Shown here: in pieces, positions 39,637 to 52,295 of the stretch
Numbering within the stretch: position 1 is the stretch's first letter
Layout: each line of letters starts with the position of its first letter
NCBI RefSeq assembly: GCF_009914755.1
Contig: NC_060931.1
From: the human T2T-CHM13v2.0 reference genome, Homo sapiens
DNA: 64,000 bases
Direction: 5' to 3' (one strand)
Notes under the pieces: generated by a model
What the model saw: only the letters and a program-made list of their open reading frames with translations
What the model was told of the DNA's origin: nothing
Database searches by the model: none
Translations under genes and position numbers: made by a program

Positions 39637-40053
39637 TGTTTTTTACACTTACTGAATTAGAAAAGCCAAAGCCATTGGAAATTATTTTTTGGATGTAATA
39701 CCAAAAGCACAGGCAACAAAAACAAACTACATCAAACTAAAATGTTTCTGCACAGAAAAGGAAACAATCAACAAAAAGAAAAGGCAACCTACAGAATGGA
39801 AGAAAATATTTACAGACCATATATCTAATAAAGGGTTAATATCCAAAATATATAAGAAATAGCAATAATAACCTGACTGAAAATGGGCAAAGGACATAAA
39901 TAGACATTTTTCCAAAGGAGGCATACAAATGGCCAATAGGTATATGAAAAGGTACTCAACATTTCTAATCAATAGGGAAATGCAAATCAAAACTACAAGG
40001 AAATATTACCACATACCTGTTAGGACAGGTATTGTCAAAAATTCAAAAGATAA

Positions 40054-40328
40054 GGTCCAGCTCAGTGGTTCGCAACTGTAATCCCAGCACTTCTGGGAGG
40101 CCAAGGCAGGAGGGTCACTTGAGGCCAGAGTTCAAGACCAGCTTGGTCAACATAGTAAGACCCCGTCTCCATGGAAAAAATATATGTATATATATTAGCC
40201 AGGCACGGTGGCATGTGGCATATGTCTGTAGTCTCAGCTACTCAGGAGGCTGAACCCAGGAGTTCAACGCTACAGTGAGCTATGTTTGTACCACTGCACT
40301 TTAGCCTGGGTGACAAAAAAAAAAAAAA
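40054..40328 (+). mobile_element. AluJ nested in L1
   Basis: Alu dimer with deletions. TSD approximately AAAAATT(C)AAAAGA(T/C)AA. Confidence 0.88.
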
Positions 40329-41269
40329 TTAAAAGACAATGTTGGCAAGGATGTAGAAAAATGGAAACCCTTAGACATTATTTGTGGGAATGAGAAAATG
40401 AGAGTTGATACAACCACTATGGAAAACAGTATGGAGGGTCCTCAAAAAATTAAAATTAAAACTACCATATGATCCAGCAATCCCACTTCTGGGTGCATAT
40501 CAAAGGAAATAAAATTGCTCTTTCCAAAAGATATCTGCATTCCCATGTTCATTGCAGCATTATTCACAGTAGTCAAAATATGACATCAACCTATGTGTCC
40601 ATTGCTAGATGAACGGATAAAGAAAATATGGCATGTATAAACACATACACACACACACACACACACACACGTACAATGGAATATTATTATTAGACTTAAA
40701 TAAGAAGGAAATTCTGTCATTTGAGACAACACGGATGAACCTGGAGGATGTTATGCTAAATGAAATAAGCCGGGTACACAAGGACAAATACTGCATGATC
40801 TCATTTACAGGTGAAATGTTAAAAAGTCAAACTCATAGAAACAGAAGTAGAGTGGTGGTTGGCAGGGATGGAGGGCTGGGGAAAATCGGAAGATGTTGGT
40901 TAAAGGGTACAAACTTTCCGTTATAAGTTGAATAATTCCCGCAGAGACCTAGTGTACAGTATGGTGACTATACTTAATAATAATGTATTATATATTTGCT
41001 ATTTGCTAAGAGAATAGACGTTAAGTGTTCTCACCACAAAGATAACTATGTGAGGTGATGGATATGTTAATTAGCTTGATTGTGGTAATCATTCCACAAT
41101 GTGTACCTGTATCAAAACATCACATTGTATACGGTAAATATATACAATTTTATTTGTTAATTATACCTCAATAAAGCTGCCAAAAATAAAAATAAAATAC
41201 AATAAATGATAAGAAATAGTATACTTTACTAAAAGTAAATGAAAGAAAACACAAGGTAGAGCATGTAAT

Positions 41270-41450
41270 AAGAGTGAATACTTATTGAGCACTTACGGTG
41301 TGCTAATTTGTGTGTGTGTGCGTAAAATTTCACTTCATCCTCATAACAACCTATGAAGCTAAAAACAAAAAGTTAATTATGCCCAAGCTCATACAGCTGA
41401 AAAGAAGCAGAACTGGAATGACCCATCCACCTGGCTTCAAACCTCACGGT
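41270..41450 (-). mobile_element. MIR
   Basis: CTTATTGAGCACTTAC...TTCATCCTCATAACAACCTATGA...GCCCAAGCTCATACAGCT. Confidence 0.65.
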
Positions 41451-43155
41451 GCTATTGCCTCTCATAGGTACCCATTTCTCTCCGGCAGCCAGTTCATTGA
41501 AATAGGAAAAAGGTCACAATAAACTAAGTATCCGTTTCTGCTTAAGACCTGTCTATTTTGCAGCTAACACTCTCAACTCTTTTATTTGGAGCACAATTTA
41601 AATCTATAAAATATCTTAAAGCTGGGAAATGTCACAGTTCAAAACGTATGTTGAATGAAAGGAGAAAAAGCACTCATCCAACATTGCTTCTGCTGATTTG
41701 CAGTTTCCAAGTACAGCCTGCTGCACTAAACAATGTGCTGTGGATAACTAAGCATCTTGTGTTCCAACCTGATAAGATGTAGATGAAAATGAATGAGAGG
41801 CATGTGAATAAGAAAAGTCCACAGGGCCTTGTAGTAATATATTACCTGACACATGGAACATCTAATAAACATTTGCTGAATGGAAAAAGGAGCCCGAGGA
41901 ATGGGACAACAGACATGAGTTGTTAGAAGTATTGAAGTATTGATAGCATTATTTATGTATTAAGGAGAGTCCTGCTTGGACAGCAATAATTCCTATTGGC
42001 AATACTTTGTATTGATGTTATAGTTTCATTAAATGCAAACACTATTTATATAACTAATAAATCAAAACCTATAGTTTAACACGAAAAAATGATGAGTGAG
42101 AAAGCCCTTCATATTCAATGTTGCTCACAATGCCAGTCTGTCAGGAAGATAGAAACGTTATGGAAGCAGCTTCTGCCTTTAAGAAATTACATCCTGTCAC
42201 ATTCTGTAGCAATAATAGGCTGCACTGAGATGCAAGAGACAAGGACTCTGAACCACGTGCTTTGCTAATTTCTGAACTTCTCTGGACCTCTGGTTTCTCA
42301 TCCACAAAAATGAGGGGCAGTATCTCTGAAACAAACTGACAATCTACATCGATTTTCCTGCCTTCTTCTTTACGGTCAATTTCCTACTGTCATGAAGCAT
42401 TCATTACTGAGGGAAAAAACATAGTTGAAGTTGTTTAACTACACCAGTTTGTGAAACACATTGAGATTTTAGAAATCTAAAAAATATTAAATTGCTGGGG
42501 ATAGAGGAAGAGAGAGAAGATTGTGATTATTAGAATGCCGGGAATGTTCTTGTTCTTTTAGGATGAAAATTGAGTATCTCTAGAAGGTTCTGTGAACCTG
42601 TGGTGGAAATCTGTGGTAGAAACTGGTGGTTCACAAAATTTAGGTTTCGACTGGAGTGCAGTTTTTATTACAGACAGGCAGCACTTAAATTGAGGGGACT
42701 TTTTCAAGCTGGTCCTTTTGGAGTTTGCTCACAAGAGGGCAGTGCTGTTTAACAGTTGCAGCCTTCAAGTGGGCAAGGAGAAGAAGGCTGGCTGGCTACC
42801 CAACTGTTCTAGCTCCACACAGGTAAAGCTGAAGAATTTTGTTTGGTACACGACCACAGTATAGGGAAATCTTAGCAAAAGGTACTTTTTGTCTTCTCAG
42901 AAGATAGAGTAATCCTGGCTTAAAAAATAGACAAAAATTTCGTTTCAACCCTGGAAATGATGACAAATGATGTTGGTTAGTGACAAGATGAAGTTGGGTT
43001 AACAAAATCCTTTTGCTGATCGAATGCATTTTGCACTTTATAGGAACATTTGAAAACTGTGAAATTCACCAGACACACGTAATGCTTAGTACACAATACC
43101 CCTGGGACATGAAAGTATCTTCAGGGTATAGCCGAGATGTATTTTATGGAAGCAA

Positions 43156-43296
43156 TTTTTAAAATTTAATTTATTATATAGAGATGGGGTCTTGCTATGT
43201 TGCTCAAGCTGGTCTCAAATTTCTGGCATCAAGCAATCCTCCCGCCTTGGCCTCTCAACATGCTGGGATCACAGGCATGAGGCACTGCACCCAGCC
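43156..43296 (-). mobile_element. FLAM_C Alu monomer
   Basis: Single left monomer. TSD TGGAAGCAA at 43147-43155 and 43297-43305. Confidence 0.88.
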
Positions 43297-43704
43297 TGGA
43301 AGCAACTTATACCTTATAACAGTCTATCTGGATAACATGAAAGTTACTAATCAAATTTAGGAGTTACAATGACTAATCTGAAAAATAAAATATTTTCCAA
43401 AATGATCTGGAAATGAATGCTTTGTGTACCTCTCTTAATTTGTACTAGCACGATTGTCTCATTGATAACACTACAAAGATGTATATGCATACTCTACCTC
43501 CTCTAAAGAGATTAAACTCAATTTTAGAAGTGTAAGTTCAAGTTTTGAGGAGTTACAAAAAAATTATTTATGAGGGGTTACTGTTCCCACTAAATTCTTC
43601 ATGCCATAAAAGGCATCTTTTCTGTTAAGCCATATTTGAGAGTGACTTCCTAAGGACTATTTCAATCAAATTGAAAGTTCATTCTTGGACAAAATAAAAT
43701 GTGC

Positions 43705-44530
43705 TCACAAGCAATGAACAATCCAAATATTAAATTAAGAAAACAACTCCATTTACAATAGCATCAAAAAATTCTTAGTATTTAACAAAGGAACTATATA
43801 GGCTTACACACTGAAAACTACAAAACACCAATGAAAGAAACTGAAGAAGACCTAAATAAATAGGAAAATATCTCAAATTTATGGATTGGAAGATACTGCT
43901 AAGATCTTCCAAATTTGTTAAGATGGTAATACTTCTTAAATTGATTTACAGATTCAACACAGTTCCTATCAAAATCTTAGCTGGCTTTTTTTTTTGGATA
44001 TTGACAACCTAATTCTAAGATTTATATGGAAATGCAAGAAACACAGAATAGCCAAAACAATCTTGATAAAGAAGAACCAAGTTGGAGATTTTGCACTTCC
44101 TGATTTTAAAATGTACTCCAAAGCTATAGTAATTAATACTATGTGGTACTGGTATAAGTGTAGACGTATAGACCAATAGAATAGAAGTGAAAGTCCAGAA
44201 ATAAATTCACACATTTATGGTCAGTTGATTCTTGACAAGGATGCTAAGACAAGGAATAAGAATGTTAATGGTGCTGAGATGATATTCACAAGCAAATGAA
44301 TGCATTTGGATCTTTACTTCACATCATATACAAAAATTAACTCAAAATGAATCAAAATGTAAAACCCAAATTTAAGAGGTAAAACTCCAAAACTCTTACA
44401 AGAAAATATAGGTGTAAATGTTTGTGACTTTGAATTAGGCAATTTATTTTTTAAATGACACCCAAATCACAAGCAACAAGAGGGAAAAATACATAAAGTG
44501 GACTTCATCAAAATTTAAAGGTTTTGGAAG
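43705..44530 (+). mobile_element. L1M (MB/MC) ORF2 3' fragment
   Basis: Peptide DIDNLILRFIWKCKKHRIAKTILIKKNQVGDFALPDFKMYSKAIVINTMWYW, the L1 ORF2 C-terminal region. Confidence 0.88.
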
Positions 44531-45294
44531 CAAAGCTAACAAATGCTTGGGGATTTTTACAAAAGTATTAATGTGTGTATTTGTGTGTGTTCCTTATAAA
44601 TGTAATTTTGTTTGGTGGCGTCTTTTTTTAGTATTTTTATATGACTACTCTGTAATAGTTACTTTAAAAAATTTAATCCACTGAAGTTTTTATTAAGTAG
44701 GCAACACCTAGAGACAAGTAGCCATGAAAAAATTAAACAGCAAAAATCCCAGTGCGGCAGCAAGCAGACAGTCTCGAATTTCAGCTCTCTTGTCAGGAGG
44801 ACATTTGTTAGTGATAGACTAGAAAACAACCACAGCAGAAAGGATTTCTGGAAGATGCCCAATCAAGAGGTATCTTTTTTTTTTTTTTTTGTCTGAAGGC
44901 TGAGATTTATAAAATTTTCACCCACCAGAATTTTGAACCAGCAATTTTGCAGATGTCCTTCACTGAGTGCCCTGGCATTGGGAAAGCCCCTCTTCTTACA
45001 GTTCCCTTGTTTATAGCTTTGCAAAGTAACAGTGATCAACACAAACAGCCAGGGCAGGTGAAATCTAGCCAATAATGCCTTCCTAATGAAAACTAAAAGG
45101 TCTTGTTTGTATTTCAACATCTCTAGTTACTGCAAACCAGACCTCGAGTCTTCCCCAGTGAAAGAGGTTGTTGACCTGGTAGTGAAGGAAGCACAGAAGC
45201 AAATCAGAAGACAATGTAGAATCAAGTAAGAGTTGAAAAGAAATTAGTCTACAGCAAGACAGAATCCCTCTCTTAGTCTCTATTCCAACTGGAT

Positions 45295-45660
45295 TTTTAA
45301 AGTATATTTTTCTTCAAGTATAAGATACATAAAGTACATAAATTATAAGGGTACAGATTGAGGAATTTTCTCAAATCAAATACTCCCCTATGACCACTAT
45401 ATTGATCCAGATATAGACCATATCCAGTACTCCAGAAGCCTCTGTCATGGCTCATCTCAGGCATTAGTTCTCCATAGGCAGCCACAAGTCCAGTTTCTAT
45501 CTTCATCAGCCAGTTTTACCTTCCTTCAAACTTGAAATAGTCACACACGACACACTCTTTTGTGTCTGCCTAAGATTCCTTCATGTTCACTGTGGCAAGT
45601 GTAGTCATTGTATGAAAATATCACGATGAATGTCTTCATACTCCTAATGAAGAATATTTA
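45295..45660 (-). mobile_element. L1ME-like 3' fragment
   Basis: ACATAAAGTACATAAATTATAAGGGTACAG...CCAGTACTCCAGAAGCCTC. Confidence 0.6.
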
Positions 45661-46114
45661 CTCATCTCAGAAGAGCCAAAGGTACTAGAGCTGACCTAGA
45701 CTTTCTATTAAAATAAAAGCAGTGTTCCTCTAGAATGACAGAGCAGCCCTGATTTAGCAAGCTTTCACATCCAGGGTTGGTACATTTAAAAAGCATTTCT
45801 TTCATTTTTAGTTTCCAGAGATTTCAAATGTATTGGATCAAGTCATTCTTAATATATTTTTTCTCACTTTAATGCCTATGGAATGTGCAGTAATATACTT
45901 TCTTCAGCCCAGAAATTGGTGAATTTTACTAGTTTTATCTTAAACAACTTTTGACCTTGTTGATTTTCTCTATTATATGTCGGTTTTCACTTTCACTAAT
46001 GACTGCTCTTATCTTTAATGTTTTTTCTTGATTAATTTTGTGTCTTCTCCTAACTTTTGAGATAGATACCTCAGTCACTGGTTTTCAGCCTTTCTTCTTT
46101 CTGATACTGTTTCC

Positions 46115-46600
46115 TAAATAACTTTTTCATCTTTAAACCCATCCTTCTGTACTCTGTAATGCTGGGACTTCTACTAAGCAAACTGCATTTCCCCTTTACG
46201 GGTAGGGACTCTGCAAATAGGAGATGCTTGAGGGAGATGGCAGGCCTGGAGGTGGAAGGACAGAGTCACTCTTGTGTTACCTTTCTGTTCTGTCAGCATG
46301 GCCCCAGCAACAGCCTTTCATCCCTGTGGTGCCTATTGTTCTGGTCTCCAACTCCTCTTCAGTCCTCCCAGCCCAGCCTCATCATCATTCCTTGGGAGTC
46401 TGTCCTGACTCCATAGGGCATCTTTCAAGCTTCTTGCTCTAAAAACCCCAATTCCTTCTCTTTCTTCCCTCAGCCCTAGGGTAGAAGCTGTTTTCTGTAA
46501 TTACTAGCTCCGTGTTACCAAAATGTCCCTTGTTAACTTTTTCTTGCTTACCTAATCCCTCATATTAATTTCTTTGCTCCTCTGTTCTGTATCTTTGCTG
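46115..46600 (+). mobile_element. LTR33-like ERVL LTR
   Basis: CCCATCCTTCTGTACTCTG...AAACTGCATTTCCC...CCCTCAGCCCTAGGG. Confidence 0.55.
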
Positions 46601-46609
46601 GAAAGCAAC

Positions 46610-47160
46610 TGAGCTAGAAACCTAGGAGTCTTTTTCTAATGTTTTATCTCTCTCTTAGCCTCTGTAGGCAATCTATCATCAAATTCCATTGACTCTGCTT
46701 TTCCTATATATCCCTGGAATCTCTTCCCCCATTCCACTCCCATTGCCATCAATCTAATTCAGGCTCAAGTCATTTCTTACCAGGCCTATTTAATTAATCT
46801 CTTGGCCTCAGGGCTTGTTAAACAACAATCCCTATCTTGCTACCAAACTGATCTATAAAAGCAAAACTACTCACCTTAAAAACACCCCAGGGGCTCCCTG
46901 CTGCTACAAGGTAAAGCCCAAATGCCTCAATAACACATTAATCTTTCAGCCCTTTGTGAGCTGGTCTTTGCCCACATCTTCAGCTTCACGTGCCACTAAT
47001 CCCCACCTTCTACCACAGCACCCCATGACCCCGAAACGTTTTCCAGGAAGTCCATCTTACAGGGCTGTGAATTTCTTGAGATAAGGAGTTGTAGCTTCTT
47101 AATCATTATGTGTACAATTTGGCAATTAGGGCATTCAACAAGCTTTTGTGAAATGAGAAA
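46610..47160 (+). mobile_element. L2 fragment
   Basis: CCATTGACTCTGCTTT..ATATCCCTGGAATC...GGCTCCCTGCTGCTACAAGGTAAAGCCCAAATGCC. Confidence 0.55.
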
Positions 47161-47276
47161 ATGTCATTTTTCATGTTCTATAGAGTCTTCATATTCATAA
47201 TTTTGAATGGCTGTGTGATAGTTGACCAAATTGATTGCCATAGTTTGATAAAACATTTTGCAATTTTTAGTTATTT

Positions 47277-47607
<331 letters not shown>

Positions 47608-47620
47608 TAAGTATACTGAT

Positions 47621-48786
47621 AGTGATAGTTGACTTTATGTGTCATCTTAGCTAGACCGTGGTACCTAGATGTTTGGTCAAACTTTATTCTAGAAGTTTCT
47701 ATGAACATATTTTTAGATGAAATTAATATTTAAATTAGTAGGCTGAGTTAAGCAAATTACCCTCCATAATGTGGGTGGACCTCATCCAATCAGTTGAAGC
47801 CTTAATAGAATAATACCAACCTCCTATGGAGAAAAAGGAACACTTATACACTGTTGGTGGGAGTGTAAACTAGTTCAACCACTGTGGAAGGCAATGTGGT
47901 GATTCCTCAAAGATCTAGAGGCAGAAATACCATTTGACCCTGCAGTCTCATTACTGGGTATATACCCAAAGGAATATAAATCATTCTATTATAAAGATAC
48001 ATGCATGTGTATGTTCATCGCAGCACTATTCACAACAGTAAAGACATGGAATCAACCCAAAAGCCCATCAATGATAGAATGGATAAAGAAAATGTGATAC
48101 ATATACACCATGGAATACTATGCCGCTATAAAAAGGGACAAGATCATGCCCTTTGCGGGACATAGATGGAGCTGGAAGCTGTTATCCTCAGCAAGCTAAT
48201 GCAAGAATAGAAAACCAAATACCACATGTTCTTACTCATAAGTGGGAGCTGAATGATGAGAACACATGGACACATAGGAGGGAACAACACAAACTGGGGC
48301 CTATCAGGGGAGAGGACGGGGGAGGGAGTGCATCAGAAGAATAGCCAATGGATGCTGGGCTTAATACCAATATGATGGGTTGATCTGGGCAGTCAACCAC
48401 CATGGCTCACGTTTACCTATGTAACACCTGCACATGTACCCCAGAGCTGAAAATAAAAGTTGAAGAAAAAAAAAAAAGAGCGAAAGGGCCCTGCCAGGCT
48501 CCTGGAAAAACAACCACAAACAAACAAACAAACAAAAGAAAAGGAAAATACCAACCTCCCCTGAAACAGAAGAAATTCTGCCGGCCGACTGTCTTTGAAC
48601 TCAAACTGCAACTCTTCCCTTAGTCTCTGCCTGCTGACCCACCCTGCAGATGTGCAGATTTTGGACTGGCCGGCCTCCATAGTTGGATGAACAAATTCCT
48701 TAAAATCTTGATATAGATTAGATGTAGATGTAGATAGATATATGTACATGTTGGTTCTGTTTCCCTGGAGAATCCTGACCAATACA
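47621..48786 (+). mobile_element. MLT2 (ERVL) solo LTR split by an L1PA insertion
   Basis: 5' GTGATAGTTGACTTTATGTGTCA. 3' TTGGTTCTGTTTCCCTGGAGAATCCTGACCAATACA. TSD CTGAT / CTGGT. Confidence 0.85.
47825..48546 (+). mobile_element. Older L1PA 3' fragment with an apparent 3' transduction
   Basis: L1 3' end with poly(A) at 48466-48477, a 28-bp extra segment, then a second A-rich tail. TSD AATACCAACCTCC at 47812-47824 and 48547-48559. Confidence 0.9.
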
Positions 48787-49090
48787 CTGGTTTTTGTGTT
48801 TGGGGTTTGTTTGCTTGTTTGCTGTCCTAAATACAACTTTATGTTGATGATCATCTCAAATCATTATCAAGATTAAGATCTAGGACTAGGTTTCAATTCA
48901 AAAAGGGTGAATGTTACAATGCCTCTTAATAAAAGTCCCTAATTTCCCTCCAAAAAAAAAGATTGTACTAACATATAATGCCTCAGTGTTGTATCAATAT
49001 ATGTTGGCCACCACAATCTTTTTGGCACAATTCACATTTTAATTCATAATTTTTAATTATTCCGTAGGTAGAATATGGCTCTGTACATTT

Positions 49091-49148
49091 ACTTATCGGG
49101 TATGTTTCCTGTTACATAAACTTATTGGGGATGTTTCCTGTTACATAA
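49091..49148. repeat. 29-bp tandem duplication
   Basis: ACTTATCGGGTATGTTTCCTGTTACATAA followed by ACTTATTGGGGATGTTTCCTGTTACATAA. Confidence 0.9.
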
Positions 49149-49153
49149 CTGCT

Positions 49154-49281
49154 TGTGTGTGTGTGTGTGCGTGTGTATATACATATATGTATACATATAT
49201 ATGCACACACACAAGCAGTTACGTATATATACACAAATATATGTATATATATGTGTGTGTGTATATATATGTATGTGTGTA

Positions 49282-49328
<47 letters not shown>

Positions 49329-49345
49329 GTGTATATATATATGTA

Positions 49346-49380
<35 letters not shown>

Positions 49381-49381
49381 G
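49154..49381. repeat. Compound (TG)n/(TA)n/(CA)n microsatellite
   Basis: About 230 bp of mostly alternating purine-pyrimidine sequence. Confidence 0.95.
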
Positions 49382-49834
49382 TCATTTGTCCCTGGAGTTT
49401 TAGATGTGTTATATGAATTCCTCATATGAACATTACTTATGACAGGATGAGCATTGTAATCAGTAAGTCTACATGTGTCATGGTTTAAGTCCATGAGGAA
49501 TCTGTTCTTTGCTTATGCAGGTCAGCCTCTACACAGTTACTGGGCTGACACATAGCATGCAGCTTATCTCCATTCCAGTTAACAAGACTAGGGAAAGGAA
49601 AGAGAGGGGTGTTCACAAGAGGGTTATTCACAAGAGGGTTTTTATTAAGCTAGGCTTGGAAGTGAAACATTTATTTTTACTGCCAATCCATTCAGTACAC
49701 TCAGTCATAAAGCCACCCTCACTGAAGAGGTTCTGGAAAATGGAGTCCAGCTGCATACCCAGGAAGATTTTGTATCCCCATGGATTGTGGTGAGTCGTTA
49801 TCAGTCGTTACCAGGGTATGAAACCTGCTGTGCT

Positions 49835-50040
49835 CAGTGGTAGAAACATGGACTCTAGAGTGAGACACACTCATGTCACTATCATATCCAGCAAGGTACT
49901 TACACTTTCTGATCCTGAGTTTTCTTATTTTCCCAACGCAACATAGAAATAAGTATATTGTAGGGCAGTTGTAAGGTTTAATTTACATAAATATGTGCAA
50001 GTTCATGGCATAGAGTGGGTTTATCATACATGTTAAATTC
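49835..50040 (+). mobile_element. MIR
   Basis: ATGGACTCTAGAGTGAGACAC...GCAAGGTACTTACACTTTCTGATCCTGAGTTTTCTTATTT. Confidence 0.6.
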
Positions 50041-50124
50041 CTTTATAATTTTTCTGTCACATTTTTGGTAAATGTGTGTTTATATTTTGATTTTTTTCAA
50101 TTTACACTTATGTTCTTTTTCCCT

Positions 50125-50340
50125 TTTATTTTTAGTTGACACATAAGAATGACATATTTATGGGATGCAGAGTGATATTTTGATAAGTGTATATAAGGTA
50201 TAACAATCCAATCAGTGTAATTAGCCTATCCATTACCTAATTTATCATTTATTTGTGTTGTAAACATTCAGAATTCTCTTTTCTAGCTTTTTGAAAGTAT
50301 GTAATAAATTATAGTTAACCATATTGATCCTAAGTGCTGC
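50125..50340 (-). mobile_element. L1MA 3' end
   Basis: ATATTTATGGGATGCAGAGTGATATTTTGATA...TTCTAGCTTTTTGAAA. Confidence 0.75.
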
Positions 50341-52189
50341 AGGCATTCATGCTCCTCTGTTTAGGTATATAAAATGTTGTTTTTATGGAGTTTTACATCA
50401 TCTTTCACTTTGTGGTTTCCTGTATTGCTTCCAAGAGTTACAAGCTATCATTCCTCCATTGTCAAGTAGGATGTCTCCTCTTTTATTTTCAGCTTATGGT
50501 CTGAATTTTTATTTCCTTTGCTAATGCTCCTATATTGCATGTTCTGAAACATCATCAAGACCTTTCAAAATGTAAAATTCCAAGTGTGAAACAGGACACG
50601 TATCTCTGTGACCGACCTTTCTATTTTCCATTGGTCCTTCCCTCCTTTTCTCCACCCTTGAGTCTTGTCCCCCATCCCTCTCCTGATTGCCCACTAAGTC
50701 TCCTCCCTACCATCATTTGTCCTCAAGATGGCAGCTCCATTATGTCAAGATGACAAATACCATATTAAAACAGTGATGTCAGACTTTGGTAGAAAAAAAA
50801 ATGACCTGGGGGCTTGTGAATATGTAGATTGGAAAATTTCTGATTCAGAAGATCTTGGTAACAAATGAACATTTTAACAAGAGTCCTGGGTATTTTTAAA
50901 ATAGCTAGTTCCCCACTTAGAAAAAATGGCTTAATTCCTTCCATAGATGTTTTTAGATAAGGTCTTCAACTATAGAAGAGAAAAAATATTAGCATCTTTT
51001 CTTCAGGCACCTGACTATGGATAAGAAAGCTATTCTTGAGTGTGAAGGTTTCTATCCTATCAAAATTACATGCATTTTTTCTTTACAGTTATAAGTAATA
51101 TAACCACCTTTTATTCTTACAGCTACAAATACCTACTGATCTGTGGCTTTATCCAAAATCAAACCAAGTGTTTTTCAATCACTTGCTGCATGGGCTCTGA
51201 GCAGTGTGATTTTACATCGAAGAAGGCTAAAGCAATTGCTCTGTGAGTCTTATAGCCAGGGGATAAAATCAAGTAGAAATAGCAAGTTATTTTTCTAAAT
51301 GTGAATTCCTCTGAATGCTCCAGCCACTTCACTCTTATTGAATCCTCTAACAACTTTTCTTATTTTAAGGAAAATATGACCCTTTTGTCTTTCTCCTGAG
51401 AGAAAGTACAGATTTTAAATAATATACAGTCATTTTATTTCTTACCACATAAGAATCACACTTCCCACACCTCCTTACTGGATTGAGTAGGTAAAACAAA
51501 ACTTTTCCTAATACCACAGTGTGACAATGGAAGAATCACAGGACTTGATAGGGCCAAGTTACAGGAGTGGCTTGGTGCAGTACCTGTGGCATTTCACCCT
51601 AGGTGACTACCACTTCAGGCGTGACCCTGCAGAGACCTGATCTTAAAAACACTAAGGAAAAGGACAATATGTAACAATATTCCAACATGGAAGAAAGTTC
51701 TCCGTGCATTAACACCTGTGCTGCTGATATAGTAAGGCAGAACTGAAGGCCAAGAGCCTATGGGTATAAATATTCTCCTAAGGACTTTCTAAGACATCTA
51801 TAACAGAATTATTAGTGGCTTTGTTTGATCATCAGATGAAAGGCTGTCATAAATCAAGATGATAAAGAATAGTTTTCATCCAGAGAACTGAAAAGTCTTC
51901 AAACATCTGGCCTGGAGAAGGTTCAGTGGAGTGAGTGTAACTTGGATATCCTACTGGAAATGAACTGAAGACTGCAGTTGATTCATGCCTTTTTTCAAAG
52001 TACGGGGATTAATGAGCAGATAGGAGAGTTAATGACCCAACCAGCATGGATTATCATTCAGCCTGGCTAGCAGAAATCCCTTTGGGGTTATCCTTTGTCC
52101 CGTATTGTCCTATTTATTAAATTAGCTACCTTTTTCTTTTTCCTTAAAAAGAAAAGTTTTCTGTGTTTCCATTTCCCTTGCTCTCATTT

Positions 52190-52295
52190 TTTTTATTTTA
52201 ATTGTGGCAAAATACACACATAACATAAAATTTACCATTTTAACCCTTGTTAAGTGTACAGTTCAGTGGCATTACATATATTCACATTGTTGCGT
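52190..52295 (-). mobile_element. L1MB 3' terminal fragment
   Basis: ATTGTGGCAAAATACACACATAACATAAAATTTACCATTTTAACC...AAGTGTACAGTTCAGTGGCATT. Confidence 0.8.

Larger units (their letters stand above)
33905..41205 (+). mobile_element. Near full-length ancient L1 (L1MA9-like 3' end) with decayed ORF1 and ORF2
   Basis: 5' UTR ~33905-35330 and ORF1 remnants ~35370-36250. ORF2 endonuclease start SYLSVITLNVNALN (~36780) and ORF2 peptide [14 protein letters not shown] (38998). The L1MA-type 3' UTR ends CTCAATAAAGCTG plus an A-rich tail. Many stops and frameshifts. Confidence 0.9.

Noticed and set aside
35370-40930. L1 ORF1/ORF2 peptide fragments as functional genes
   Set aside because: Numerous stops, frameshifts and nested insertions show the element is a fossil.
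49112-49494. Stack of overlapping ORFs
   Set aside because: An artefact of stop-free dinucleotide repeats.
51587-51613. Small imperfect hairpin GTGGCATTTCACC...GGTGACTACCAC
   Set aside because: Too short and too mismatched to exceed chance.
51990-52120. Possible L3/CR1 remnant
   Set aside because: Only a vague similarity that I cannot support by eye.
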